A stretch of 63,636 bases of DNA, counting the filler, from Rozella allomycis CSF55 (taxonomy: Eukaryota): NCBI GenBank assembly GCA_000442015.1. It is 9 parts of 9 records of this genome, joined end to end, with 100 filler letters (N's around TTAATTAATTAA, not from the genome) between each part and the next. Parts side by side here need not be neighbours in the genome. Positions count along the whole stretch, not along the records: positions 7,871 to 14,221 come from KE560563.1; positions 14,322 to 24,694 come from KE560564.1; 7 more parts are not named here. One strand, 5' to 3'. The notes under the pieces are model-generated. The model was given only the letters and a program-made list of their open reading frames with translations, made no database searches and had not been told where the DNA came from. Positions 10,278 through 23,243 of this stretch are shown here, piece after piece; within the stretch, counting starts at the first letter, position 1, and every line of letters starts with the position of its first letter. The position numbers and the translations under genes are program-made.

Positions 10278-13120
10278 TTAAATTCTTTCGTTGACAATTT
10301 GCATAAATTTTTGATGCTTTTCGGAATCCCAATCCGATATTAGAAAACTAAGTTCATCAATGATGTGAACAGGTAAGCCTTTATGCTTATGAGAATGCTA
10401 AATTAAACAGATGGAAATAGTTTTACGTTAATGAATAAACAATAGGCGTCATCAAGCCTGTTATACTTTAAAAGGATAGAAAGACAATCTAAAGGTTGTT
10501 TTTGAGGAATAAGCCAGGGTGGAATAACGAACGTAGAATTTAAAGATAAAAGATTTTCAATGCAAGATAGATAAAGATTGTTTGAATTAACTTTTTCTAA
10601 ATATTTTTTCAAATCTAATAAATATTTTTCATTTGTTGCAACTTTTTTTGTGATTTGATTAAAGAAAATTTCTAAATTTATTTCTTCCAACTGCGCCACA
10701 TTCAAAGCAATCTCAAAAAGATCTGCGTTACAAAGAAGAATAATTAAATCTTCACAAGATGATTGATTTAATTCTGGAAACTTTTGATTTAAATAGAGAA
10801 GAGATAAATTTTGATAATAAAGTTTTTTAATGTCGATTATTTCAAAAAAGGAATCTTTGAAGATTAAATATTTTTCTTTTGAAAGAGAAAGAGATTGAAG
10901 ACAAGCTAGAAATGCTTTTGTTTTTTCTACACGATCTATACCATCCATTAAAGCTAAATTTAGCATTGAAAGAGAAGCATTTTGAAAATCAAATCTTTTA
11001 GTAAAAATTCCAAATAAAAGTTTATAATAAATTCCAATTTGACTTGATCCTTTTTTCCAAAGAAAATTTACAACTTCTTCATCTAGATCACCAAAATTTA
11101 AATTAATTAAATATTCAGTTTGTTTTGTTTCAATTAAGAAATTTACAAACATTCTAACAGCTTCTTTTCTTGTTTCTTCTTGTTCTAAATTCATCATTGC
11201 TTCAAATGCTCTTTCAACATTCTTTGATTCCAATTCATAAATAAAAACAAGATATTTTTCATTAATTATTCTACCAAAAAATGCTGCAATCTCAAAATAC
11301 CCAAAATATGCAAAATTCTTCATCGCTTCTTGATTAAAATCATCAAATTTCAAATATTCACAAATCATTGATTTTTCTTTTTCATTAAATGATAAAAATA
11401 AATCTTTAGCTTTGAATTCATAACCAATTTGAATAAATGATAATCCCAAAAAGTAATTTTGAATGCAATTTGGTTCAACCAATTTTGTTAAATTCTCAAC
11501 AATAAATTCTGGAAAATTTCTAAAATGAAAATTGAGAAATTTCGCAAATAAAAATTCTTCTTTTCCAAATAATTCATCAATTAACTCTAATGAATTAAAA
11601 CTACCACTCAATGGATCTAAAGATAAATAATAATCTTTAAACAAATCATTTTGTATTATTTGTGAAATAAATTCATAAATTGAATATTCTTTGTAAACTT
11701 TATAAATCAATTCTTGCCAATTCTCAATAGCGCTTACAATTTGTAGTTCAACAGCTTTATCTAGAATCAATTTTTGCTTCTTCTTTTCTTCAAACATCAA
11801 ATTGCAAATATTTTGAATGCACAATATTTGAATATCCACAGGCATTCCACTGACAAGTTTTATTTCAAATGTTTTATCTTGCCATTCAATTTCATTCAAC
11901 GCTACAAAAGATGAATCAACAGCCATTGAATCTACTTGAATTAAATCTGTCATTGTTTCTTGCTCATCAAAACAAAGATATTCAATAGAATGTTTACTAA
12001 TCGCTAACAAATGTTCTGCATCCAATTGCACAATTTGACAAAAATATGACATTGACTCTTCATAAATTTGATTCAAATATTCTCTAAATTCAATCTTTTC
12101 TTTCTTGGCCGCCTCAAGCAAATGATACAGCGAATCATTCGATACTTCAATACCCCGGTTGACTGCAATCGCCTTCATTATCGCATCTGGAAAAGTTCCC
12201 AATTCTTTTATAATTTCAAATTCATTTTCAAATGTTTTAAAATTTATTCTTGCAGTCTTTGAATCTTTTATTTCATTGAAATTATCAAATTCAAACAAAT
12301 AAAACTCATTCAAATCACTCAGCATTAACACTCTCCAACTTCCATCTAAATTCAACTTGACATCCATCTTTATCAACTCAAATTCCAATGGTATTTCCTT
12401 TATCACTCTCAAATTCAATTCTGCATCAATCTGAAATAAAATTAACTCATTCGAAAATGGATTGTAAACCAATAACAACCCTTCACCGGCACTAACAGCT
12501 CTTATATATCCTCCAAACGTTATCTTTGCATTTCCTTCACCTTCAAGCTTAAAGCTGCTATATTTCTGCTCATTGAACATCCTAATCTGCATATCACTTG
12601 TTATACACGCAAATGTATCCCTTCCATTAAACATAAACCCACAAACAGACAACACATACCACTTTTCATCCTTGAACCAGTTCTTCCATGAACTTGATTG
12701 CGTCTTCAATAGCCTAACATCACTTCTATTCACAAGATATATCTGACTCTCCACAATCAGCAACCCACTGTATCCATCAACTGGATAATACACAGCATTT
12801 TCAGCAACCCTCAAATTCAATTCGTAACGCTGCTCCTGGCCATTCTCATAAACAATAAACTCATCTACTTTCCCTTAATCTATACTCTTACAGATATCAC
12901 GGTTTTTCGTTAAATAGTTAAACACTTCCATACTCTTATGCTCAAACACCCGAAACTCTATAATAGGAACAATCGGCAGTCCACACAAATTCAGCGCAGT
13001 GTCCGTTCCTCCAGTCAGGTCCATCTTTATAAACTGGTTATCAGACAGCTGGTAAAAATTCTTTTTTGAATAATAAGAATAACAGTTTCTTAGCAAGGAT
13101 GAATCTGGCGCAAACAGCAT
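10278..13120 (-). CDS. NUP160: Nucleoporin Nup160/Nup120-like
   Basis: Beta-rich N-terminus then helical region; YYKLLFGIFTKRFDFQNASLSM, IPPWL..LLKYNRLDDA, final exon GLPVHIIDEL. Confidence 0.7.
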
Positions 13121-13247
13121 TTCAGCAACAGTCGAACAAGGGTCGTCTCAATGGGTCAATTACCTACCTGTTCATCNAAAAGCAGTGTTTATTTTATATC
13201 CACATCAAAATTGCGCTTGGCAACAGCAGCAATTTATAAACACACAG

Positions 13248-14221
13248 ATGGGTTGCAACCTGTCCAAAAACGTTACCGAGCCGGCCAAAAAAACACAAGC
13301 ATTTCAAACCTCCCAGCCAGCATGTAAGCAAATTACACACATGTCAATAAAGCGACATCTATAGCCCAGCCGAAACCGACATCGATCCAGGAGAACAAAT
13401 TGTTGTCTACGGACCAAATCACAATGAGCGCCGGTCGATCGTCCAATTCCAATGATGACCAGCAGGTCGAAAAACGGACTGTGCATTCCAACGAGTTGCC
13501 CGCCATTTCCATGTCGAGCAGCAGGCAGGCGCTGCCGGGAAGCAGGTCGATTGTTGAAGATGCTGCGTCGACAAAGGTGTCCAGCGACAGAGATAACATG
13601 TCGCAGGGCGTGCTGTCCATGCCGGCGATGACAAAGGATGAGAGCCCGCAAATGATGATACAGGAGACGGTTGCGTCGCAATCCAATTTACTTGCACAGG
13701 GGTTAGTGTAATTTTATTGATTTAAATTTATAGATCTAATTGGATTGAGAATCCTTCAAATTTGGCTAATGTCATGTCTACGCCGACCATAACAATCAAT
13801 GAAAGTGATGAAGGGCAAAATAGTATGATTGAATTTATTGCTGAAAATAGATAAGAAGGCATACCACTCACTTGGTAATGTTGAGGTTAAGGAAGATAGT
13901 CAAGGCGAACAAAAGCAAGGAGATGATGACTATAATAAAGACAACAAACTTGACAATAATGCTGAAGAAACTGAAGAAAAAGAATCTAAAAATATTGACG
14001 ATCTTAAAAACTCGAGCTCCATGGATAATCCTTTAGACATCATTGACAAAATAGCTGAAAGTGTCCACTCACAGAGTGATCTGTTGATTGAAAAAGAGTT
14101 AATTGAGCAGCAACGAATAGAGGAAATCAAAAAATCAAAGTCTGAAGATTTAGAGCAAAATCAAGAAGTACTGTTGAACACTGAAGCGGAGAAAATTCCT
14201 GAAACTGAAAACAATCAGACA
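13248..14221 (+). CDS. Unknown acidic low-complexity protein with N-terminal MGCxxS acylation motif (3' truncated)
   Basis: ATG at 13248 gives MGCNLSKNVTEP; short introns link the ORFs at 13400 and 13829. Confidence 0.6.
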
Positions 14222-14454
14222 NNNNNNNNNNNNNNNNNNNNNNNNNNNNNNNNNNNNNNNNNNNNTTAATTAATTAANNNNNNNNNNNNNNNNNNNNNNN
14301 NNNNNNNNNNNNNNNNNNNNNTCGTCTAGGTCTAATACCGGTGCATGTCAAAAATATTAAATTTGTTGCCAATTAATCTAATTAACTAAATGGAAATTTA
14401 CTTATTAATTTATCACTCATATATATACTCAGCATAAATTCAATAAAGTACCTN

Positions 14455-14871
14455 ACAAATACGAAAACGGAGAACTTTTAAGTGTGAGTTGCAATTCGGA
14501 GGACATTGTGGCTGACATATTTACGAAAGGATTTTACAAGGCGTCATTTGAGAAACATAGATACACATTGGAAATTAAAAATGTGTCTAATTTAGAGGAC
14601 GTATTATTACGGGAGGATGTTGGATTTAATGATAAGTCAGGAAATTAGTGACGAAGTCTCTAGGGACCAATTTGAAATATCGTAAAAAAATGTTTCTTTA
14701 CTCTGGTGATTCCAGTGCTGTGTCTTTATTTTAACATTGGAGAAGAGAATGATCGTAGATCGCGTTCTGGGTGCATTTTTATGTCTGCTGGTTGTGCTGT
14801 TAGCTGGATGTCAAAGAAACAGCTCTTAGTAGTACTGAAGCCGAATATATTGCTTTAGTTGAATGTATTAG
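14455..14871 (+). mobile_element. Ty1/Copia LTR retrotransposon remnants (RNase H end, PPT, 3' LTR, second RNase H fragment)
   Basis: EDIVADIFTKG..FEKHR, then purine tract GGGAGGA and TGTTGG...TTAACA (14618-14736); then DRRSRSG..AVSWMSKKQ..LSSTEAEYIAL. Confidence 0.85.
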
Positions 14872-14961
14872 NGATCATAACAAATTATGACAATATATTT
14901 TTTATTTTATATTAACTATTTTTTTAAAAGATAGTGAGCTAGTGCATGGCCGGTGACTGGC

Positions 14962-15189
14962 GATTGGAGGTTGCTAATGGGATTAAATGAGGAGCTTGAC
15001 ATTCACTCAAGGAATGAAATATTGAAATTTTTCATACTGCATCAATGTAGAAGTCCTTTATACTTGAATGATCACTGGAGATTGGAGGTTGCTAATGGGA
15101 TTAAATGAGGAGCTTGACATTCACTCAAGGAATGAAATATTGAAATTTTTCATACTGCATCAATGTAGAAGTCCTTTATACTTGAATGA
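14962..15189 (+). repeat. Direct tandem duplication, ~118-bp period
   Basis: gattggaggttgctaatgg...tacttgaatga at 14962 and 15080. Confidence 0.9.
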
Positions 15190-15339
15190 CCAAGATATTC
15201 ACAATTCCAAAAAGGTTAATAAATCAAAAATACGCGTATTGGAAAACATAAATTTTATCTTAAATGATAGGGTAAAAATTTCTGAAGGGCGCAACTTGAT
15301 CTCTTTGGAGCTGGCATTGGAAATTGGAATCCAGAATTG

Positions 15340-15700
15340 ATTTGGCTCAAAGATCATTATTTAAAAAGCATAAACGCGATTTTCCATTTCTTCCACTCTT
15401 TTAATGAAGGAGATAAAGAAAATAATGAATTAAAGGAACAAATTCTCAAGAAGCAACGATGGATTGCCAAACATAATATGATTTAACAACTACGTAAAAA
15501 TCCAGGTCATATTTTCGGCAATGTCCCAAATGATTTTCTGGGAAAAATGTAGACCAACTTCCTTTTGAAAAAGATTCGCAATCGAACAACCTATGGAACA
15601 CTGTTTCTTCTTTAACTTGACATTTTGAACACATTGAAGAAACATCAGTAAACCTTGCGAATCTAAAGTCCTGGAAATCCCAAATAGAAAAATGAAATTG
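15340..15700 (-). mobile_element. Non-LTR (L1/Tx1-like) retrotransposon C-terminal zinc-binding remnant
   Basis: CSKCQVKEETVFHRLFDC (zf-RVT-like CxxC..ET..H.L..C). Confidence 0.65.
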
Positions 15701-15849
15701 AGAGGTGACTACAGAATCATTAGATCCATTACAGTCAAAGAAAATGATATTATTCAGTTGAGCACTCCAACATAAAAATGAACAAATGAGGTAGTACAGG
15801 TCATACCGTCAATGACAGACTGGAGGAAAGACAAAAAAATCATGAAACA

Positions 15850-16643
15850 CTACAGAAGCTTAGAACGCGGTTCAGGACCTGCGGTAGAATCATCATTTGG
15901 GAAGATTTCAGAACCTATCTGAAAGTCTGGCGAAGTAGAAATGGGTCCACTTTCTCTCCGTTTTCTAGTGTCTTTGATCCTCTTAATGATAATTGAAAGT
16001 AACTTCAAACGCTTTTCATATTCATTTCCTATTGGGCCAAACATTTCAGTTCTTAAGTATCGAGACTTTTTGCGATATTGTAGATAATGGAAGAACCTTG
16101 TCAGGGTACATAGTTTTTAGGGCGGTATGGATTTGAAAGGAGTTCATGTGTGCTTGCACAAACGCTCGTAAAGATTGTTGAATATCAAATACTTCAAAGT
16201 TAACGTCCTTTGATGGAGGATGATTATGTTCAAAAACATGGGAGCCAATAACCCAACCGTTTTGAGTACAATTTATACGCACATTAGCAGGACAATTAGG
16301 ATAACGTGTCTTGCTACATGCCAGTTGTATTTTGTCCTTTCCTGCTGATNACCGTTTTGAGTACAATTTATACGCACGTTTGAAGGACAATAAGATAACG
16401 TGTCTTGCTACACGCAAGTTGTATTTTGTCCTGACCTGATCTGGCGACACCAAGTGCGTATCCGAAAAGCTTAGATTCGGCTAAAATTCGCTCCTTTAAA
16501 ACCGAACCATGTAGACTCATATCTTTTAAACTTGCGACAAAACATATCATATGTGCGCTATTCTCAGTCAAACTGTCCATAAAGTTTGGCGCTGACATGT
16601 TATTAGTCAGGGGCGGACTATTTAAGGTAATATGGGAGTTCAA
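15850..16643 (-). pseudogene. FAR1/WRKY-GCM1-like DNA-binding domain protein (MULE transposase-derived)
   Basis: LACSKTRYPNCPANVRI...WVI..FEHNHP; broken by an n-duplication at 16350. Confidence 0.6.
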
Positions 16644-18122
16644 TAATATTATGCCGCATGTATTTTAGACAAATGGTTTCCATATTTGGATGTCGACTTC
16701 TGGCTAAATAAAGTCGGAGATTTACAAGGTTAAAAATTCATAAAGTACATCACATGTATTGTATATTCAAAGATAAAGTTACAAAGAGTATTAGACAAGG
16801 CCATGGACTTCTTATTGATGCTAAATTTAATACAGTGTATCAAGATTTTGATTTTAAATGTTGATGACAAATGTGATTTTTGAGAAATATTCTAAGTAGA
16901 AAGATATATTTAGACTAAACGCTAAGCCTCTCAAATGCACATAAAATATGACGTGACATGTGACATTTTGGCGCAGCCCAGCATCCCCCAATCATACTTC
17001 TNGTTGATGCTCTATATGATTCAAGGATTGAAACACTAGATCTTTCAAATCAAGATATGGTTTGCAGNTATTTTCCATAGTTGCTTACTCACTAAATAAG
17101 CTCTTGCGTATATTCATCAATAACTTTCTGACTTATCATTAAATCCAACATCCAAAACTAGCGTCTGCGGATCCTTCCGGTTGTAACTCCGAATTTTCAG
17201 AGTCAAAGATAGTTTTGTTATCGTGTCCAGGAGAAACCCTGTTTTAGAAGAGACCATAATCAAAAGTTTTTCGCAAGTAATAGAAAATACGTAGNAAATC
17301 ATTTCGTTTCATACTCACTTTCAATCTAAGAGCTTCTAAAATTAAAGCTTCTTTTTTAATAAGTTAAGAACTCAAAAAGAACCAAATTTCATTTTACTAC
17401 CATACTATAAAATTCTGTTTGTCGACTATTCGAATTAGAGAATGGAGCGGTATTCGTTAAGAATTTGAAATTAACAGTCGCGATCTATTCAATTTTTCAG
17501 TTTTCATACGAGTAAGCTAACGAAATACCCTCTAGGCTCATATGACTTTTATGTGACTGATAAATTGAAATTTTCCTTTTAGGGCCATATTTTGGATCTC
17601 GCATATGAAACCAAGTTCTTTCAACTTTTCCTTTTGTATGNTATGTAAGATAACTTCATTAACCAAAATTTATATTGAGTAAGTTGAGAATGATTTAAGA
17701 AATTTTGTTCATTGTTTAGGATAAAAATCAACATGATAATATTCTAAAACTTTCTTTGTTTCAANTTGCACAAAAACAAGACTTGCGATATTGCCATTTG
17801 ATGTGGAACAAAACATTTACAGTTATTTGTCTGGCTCTGATATAGATAATCTATTTTATTCTGCGCCATATTATTCTTTCTACCGTAGTAAATTGACTCT
17901 ACTATTGTCCTGCTCACCAAGCACANGGGTGTAACCCTTTGATCATTTCTCTTAGTTCTATTTTTAATAAATGCAGCGTAAACAATAGCATAAGGTTCAT
18001 ATTGCCAGATACTAGAAGACATTGGTTTTAAAGTTTGAATATTTCTTTCAGCTAATCCGTTGGAGGTGATGGATTAAAATGTATAGGAGGACATCTATTT
18101 TCACACCTTTCAAGAAAAGATT

Positions 18123-19727
18123 TTGATACTAGATACCTNCACTGGCACAAAAACAAGACTTGCAATATTGCCATTCGATGTGGAACAAAACATTTACCGT
18201 TATTTATCTGGCTCAGACATAGATTATCTATTCTATTCTGCGCCGTACTATTCTTTTTACCGTAGTAAATTGACTTTACTATTGTCCTGCTCACCAAGCA
18301 CAAGTCTTTCTAATTCAAAAGATTCGCATTCGTATCATATTAAATTTTTAGCAGCTGAAACATCAATAAAATGTCTTGAGAAAGTTGCCGATGATGCGAT
18401 GGTTTTGTTCACCATTCTCAAGATTAATGTAGACTTTCGCAATGTAAGGGAATACAAAAAATTTCTATCAACAAAATTTATTCACAAAATAACAGGTACG
18501 CTTTATATAACGAGTCGTGACGATCAACTAAAGGAAGTGGGAGATTTGAAATCGTTAATAGGAATTCAAACGTTGAGTATTGATGACTTAAATGATGAAT
18601 ATGTTGATGACTTGGCAAGGCTAGTGAATTCATCGGAAAAACTTGAAGAAATTGACTTGTCAAATTGTAATCTACTTGGAATTCCCAAACAGAAGATGAT
18701 AAACCTTTTCAAAAGCTTTAGTCGCATACTCTGGCTTTCATTTTCTGGTGCGCATATAGATCACTACCATTTGAGATACTTGGCTGAATATGTGCTTGTT
18801 CATGGCAGGTTAAAGTACTTAAACTTATCGAGAACATTCCACCTTGGAGTAGGACAGAGTTCGATTGAGTCTTATAAAATTTTTGCAAGAAGAATCAAAA
18901 CCTTACGGACTTTAATGCTTGGTTTTAATGATATTTCAGGAGAATTCATAAACGATATAGTTTCGGTATTAAAGGATAGCTCATTGAAACATCTTAGTTT
19001 GGAATGGATAACATTTCACTCTTACAGAAATGGAAGCATTTCAAAATTGGCTGGTAGTCTTAAGAACATGGATACCCTTAATCTCTCAGGTCAAAGTGCC
19101 CATCGAGAAGAATGGCTATCTCTATTCCAAAATATACCATCATCAAAAGTGAAAAGACTTTCTGTGTCTTACATATTGATTAAGGAAAGCAATAACAGCG
19201 CCATTGACATTGATGAAGAACTAGCAAATGTCATATCCCGTAGCTACAATTATCTCCATTGCCTAGATATTTCGATGGTAAGATTTCAACCAGCGTTATT
19301 TCATTCCCTTGTTGCAAGAGTAAAAGAATCTCAATTGAAAGAACTTAATTTGTCCGGGTTAATGGAGAGCTCAGAGGCATCAAATGCTGTCGACTGGCGA
19401 TATGTCGCTAAACAACTAATTGGAGTGAAATCTGTTAAATTATCTTTCAATTACATTTCAAGATATTCTATATATGAAATATTTGATTCTCTCGATAATT
19501 CAAAGATTGAAACGCTCGATCTTTCAAGTCAAATGTTAACTGGTCCTAGCACCAAGAGATCAATTAAGTTGTTATATCGATCTGATATGAAATATTTAGC
19601 TCAGGCTATGATTAAATCAAATATCAAAAACATCGATCTTCGGTTTTCCGGATATCTTGTTGAAGAGATTGCTTGCCTTGCCAATATGGTCTCAGCAAAA
19701 ATTAATTTGGTGCATGAGTATAATTAA
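18123..19727 (+). CDS. F-box-like + leucine-rich repeat (RI-like) protein
   Basis: LAILPFDVEQNIYRYL; LRRs LEEIDLSNCNL, LKYLNLS, LRTLMLGFNDI, LKELNLS, IETLDLS; intronless; 5' end obscured by n at 18139. Confidence 0.75.
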   Translation: MILDTXTGTKTRLAILPFDVEQNIYRYLSGSDIDYLFYSAPYYSFYRSKLTLLLSCSPSTSLSNSKDSHSYHIKFLAAETSIKCLEKVADDAMVLFTILKINVDFRNVREYKKFLSTKFIHKITGTLYITSRDDQLKEVGDLKSLIGIQTLSIDDLNDEYVDDLARLVNSSEKLEEIDLSNCNLLGIPKQKMINLFKSFSRILWLSFSGAHIDHYHLRYLAEYVLVHGRLKYLNLSRTFHLGVGQSSIESYKIFARRIKTLRTLMLGFNDISGEFINDIVSVLKDSSLKHLSLEWITFHSYRNGSISKLAGSLKNMDTLNLSGQSAHREEWLSLFQNIPSSKVKRLSVSYILIKESNNSAIDIDEELANVISRSYNYLHCLDISMVRFQPALFHSLVARVKESQLKELNLSGLMESSEASNAVDWRYVAKQLIGVKSVKLSFNYISRYSIYEIFDSLDNSKIETLDLSSQMLTGPSTKRSIKLLYRSDMKYLAQAMIKSNIKNIDLRFSGYLVEEIACLANMVSAKINLVHEYN

Positions 19728-19806
19728 GTTCAACAATAAATAACGTTTTTATATCCGTTGGTAAAACATTCTTATATGTATTCGTCTCCATGGTTGCTAT
19801 TTGCTA

Positions 19807-20715
19807 ATGACAACATTTCATTTTTCACTGCTTCCAGATGAGATTATTTTGCGAATAATATATTTCAGTCAAGACCACACAAGACACAAACTTAATAGTT
19901 TGGGATGTATTCGAATTAGTAAATTGTGTCAAGATCATAGTTTGATTGATACATGGGTGTTTAATGATCCAATAGGCAAATCATTTCCAACAAAGGTAAA
20001 AATATGTGGTATTGAAAAACTCCAAAAAAATATTTTATGTGACTTGTCAATGGTGTTGCACTTTCCAAAAATTGCAATCTTAGATATATCCAACTGCCGG
20101 CAAGTTGACAATGAGGTTATACGATATATCGCTACTACAATGAAAAATTTAAGATATTTGAAAGTTGATATGTTCTTTACTAACAAATCCTGTTCTAAAT
20201 TAGATGATAATGCTTTAGATAGTCTAAAAAGCCTGATAAAGTTGAAGAAACTTAGTATTTCACATTCAGGACGTATTTTCTCTGTTTTGAAACTTGAAAA
20301 TTTTGTTAATTATTCTAATTCGATTATTGAAGTTATTGGTTATCACAGTAAAGCGGTGTCAGGTTTAAGGAAAATTTCAAAACATATCAGCGAAAATCAG
20401 TATAAAACGACTACAAATAAAATAATCACATTAAAATGTTACTTTTATTGTCGATTTTCAGCCCATAATGTTTTAACGCACCAGTGTCCGTGTAAGTATT
20501 TCTGGGGAACTTTTGTAGTTACACCAGGTTTGTGTAATAAGGATTCATATCTTATTGGGTCATATTCAACGCATTCAATTGTTTCATTTTTTTGTTTATG
20601 TGTCTCATCTTCAGAAAAATGTGGTACTATTCCGCAACCAATTGCTGCATTTTCGTCTACATCGCATAATTCATTTTCTTCAGGTTCAGACTCATGCGTT
20701 TCACATTTATTATAG
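19807..20715 (+). CDS. F-box/LRR (FBXL-like) protein; 3' end uncertain
   Basis: FSLLPDEIILRIIYF; LDISNCRQVDNEVI, LRYLKV, LKKLSIS; the 3' part overlaps an opposite-strand gene. Confidence 0.65.
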   Translation: MTTFHFSLLPDEIILRIIYFSQDHTRHKLNSLGCIRISKLCQDHSLIDTWVFNDPIGKSFPTKVKICGIEKLQKNILCDLSMVLHFPKIAILDISNCRQVDNEVIRYIATTMKNLRYLKVDMFFTNKSCSKLDDNALDSLKSLIKLKKLSISHSGRIFSVLKLENFVNYSNSIIEVIGYHSKAVSGLRKISKHISENQYKTTTNKIITLKCYFYCRFSAHNVLTHQCPCKYFWGTFVVTPGLCNKDSYLIGSYSTHSIVSFFCLCVSSSEKCGTIPQPIAAFSSTSHNSFSSGSDSCVSHLL

Positions 20716-22182
20716 CTGAATTCAAAATATGTTTTTTTAGTGCTTTGATTTTCATCTACATCATCGCTTTTCGCTTCCTGAGGATTTTCGCGGTTTTGAT
20801 TTTTTATCGAGGTTATTGTTTTCTGTGATATTTTCACGTAATAATCTTTGTAATGTTTAGCGGTACTTGTTAATTGGCTTAGGTTTTTAAGAAAGGCGGT
20901 CATTTTCAAGTTATGACGCTTTTCTGTTTTCTCTTGTTGGGCGATAGTCTTGGAGTCTCTATTAAGTATTCCTATGGTCATTTCAAGAGAAGGAAGGGTA
21001 GGAATATTTATTTTGTCTTCCTTTTTCCTCATCGAAAAGGTAGAAATAGTGTTCCTTTTAGGTGCAATGTCTGGAACACCGTCTTCTTTTGCTTGGTGTG
21101 GCAGTTGTGCCTTAAAAAGTGTAGACTTTTGCTTAATTTTAAAATCTGTCGGATTCACTGTTTTTTGCGTTACACTTTCTTGAAGTTTTAACTTTACCTT
21201 TTTTCCAATTCTCTCCAATTGTTTTCTCTTCTTTATTATTTCTTGGTTTCTTTCATCAACGCATTGTTGCTTCTTTCGTTGTAATAATTTCGATTTCTGT
21301 TCTAACACTTCCAATCTCTTTTTTGATTCCACCAGTTTTTCTTCTAGCATNAGTTTCTAGTTTTTGTTTATGAGGCTCATCTTCATCAAGCCGAGATAAG
21401 TGTGGAACTATTTCGCAACCAATTGCTGCATTTTCGGCTACATCGCATAATTCATTTTCTTCAGGCTCAGACTCATGCGTTTCACATTTATTATATCTGA
21501 ATTCAAAATCTGTTTTTTCAATGCCTTGATTTTCATCTACATCAGTGCTTTTCGCTACCTGAGGATTTTCGCGGTTTTGATCTTTCATCGAGGTTATTGT
21601 TTTCTGTGATATTTTCACGTAGTAATCTTTGTAATGTTTAGCGGTACTTGTTAATTGGCTTAGGTTTTTAAGAAAGGCGGTCATTTTCAAGTTATGACGC
21701 TTTTCTGTTTTCTCTTGTTGGGCGATAGTCTTGGAGTCTCTATTAAGTATTCCTATGGTCATTTCAAGAGAAGGAAGGGTAGGAATATTTATTTTGTCTT
21801 CCTTTTTCCTCATCGAAAAGGTAGAAATAGTGTTCCTTTTAGCAGCAATGTCTGGAACACCTTTTTCTTTTGTTTCGTGTGACAATTGTGCCTTAAAAAG
21901 TGTAGACTTTTGCTTAATTTTAATATCTGTCGGATTCACTGTTTTTTGCGTTACACTTTCTTGAAGTTTTAACTTTACCTTTTTTCCAATTCTCTCCAAT
22001 TGTTTTCTCTTCTTTATTATTTCTTGGTTTCNAATTTCTTTGTTTCTTTCCTCGACGCATTGTTGCTTCTTTCGTTGCAATAATTTCGATTTCAGCTCTA
22101 ACACTTCCAATCTCTTTTTTGATTCCACCAGTTTTTCTTCTAGCATTTGATGCTTTTGCTCTTTATATTTCTGTCTTTGCAA
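20445..22182 (-). CDS. Unknown Lys/Glu-rich coiled-coil protein, assembled twice as near-identical copies
   Basis: ORFs 20445-21350 and 21256-22182 are nearly identical and are joined at an n (21351). Confidence 0.55.
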
Positions 22183-23243
22183 CTCTAAATATGAAATAAT
22201 AACGTCAACTTTCTATCTTTTTTGATCAAGAATTTTACTCTGTTCTGTTCTTTATCAGTTGATATTGACATTGGCGGTGGAAGCCATTTCATTTTCAAAT
22301 ATTCACTTGAGTTCTTACATTTGCTCAATCTTACAAAAGGTTGGGCCTTCAATATAGTAATCAAGTGACTGTACCTTCTCCTTGTCCTTCATTGTAGTCA
22401 TTCGGAATCGTCACCAGGAAACCGTAAAAAAATTGGGTTGTCATAACTTGTGTAGGTTACGGCTATGATAATATTTTTAGAGCTTAACTTCTACGAAAGT
22501 TACTTCCAACATTAACAGGGGTTGGTCAAATGCCAATGCATTCTAACTAGCAATTGAAAAAGTTAATTGAATAACTTGAGAGCGTTTTCTCTTTCCAATT
22601 CTTCTGTGCTCTTATTATATAGATCTCAAGTGTCAAGATAGACGAACGATCTATAGGCAATATAACTCTAAAGACTAAAGATATCCTTAAGAATTTTGGA
22701 GTGATTGTTTGAGTTAAAAATTATGAGATTAAATCCATTGTAAAGAAAAAAGATGACGAACTTGAAATTTATTCTTTCATGAAATTGTAACAGCCTTTCC
22801 TTTTGCGGCTCTTTCTGCCTTTGGGAAGCATACACAAAGGACCCCGTTTTCAAATTTCGCTTCGCATCCTTTATTAAAGTCAGCAAGAGGGAGATGCACA
22901 GTCCTTTGCATCTTTCCAAAATGTCTTTCAAAAATCTTTCTTTNAGTTGTCATAACTTGTAGGTTACGGCTATGATAATATTTGTAGAGCTAACATTCTA
23001 ACTAGCAATGTAAAAAGTTAATATGAATAATTTGAGAGCCTTTTCTCTTTCCAAATTTTTCGGAATCGAAGGAGCTGATTCTTCTGTGCTCTTATTATAT
23101 AGATCTCAAGTCTCAAGATAGATGAACGATAACTCTAAAGACTAAAGATATCCTTAAGAATTTTGGAGTGATTGTTTGAGTTAAAAATTATGAGATTAAA
23201 TCCATTGTAAAGAAAAAAGATGACGAACTTGAAATTTATTCTT

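Noticed and set aside
13304-13697. Three overlapping minus-strand ORFs, and similar antisense ORFs across the track
   Set aside because: Shadows of real genes on the opposite strand in locally GC-richer sequence.
20445-22182. Apparent tandem gene duplication
   Set aside because: Near-identical copies joined at single n bases, best explained as an allelic assembly artefact.
22440-22944. Second HSP20 gene
   Set aside because: Only the 3' part plus downstream flank, ending at an n; probably the other haplotype.
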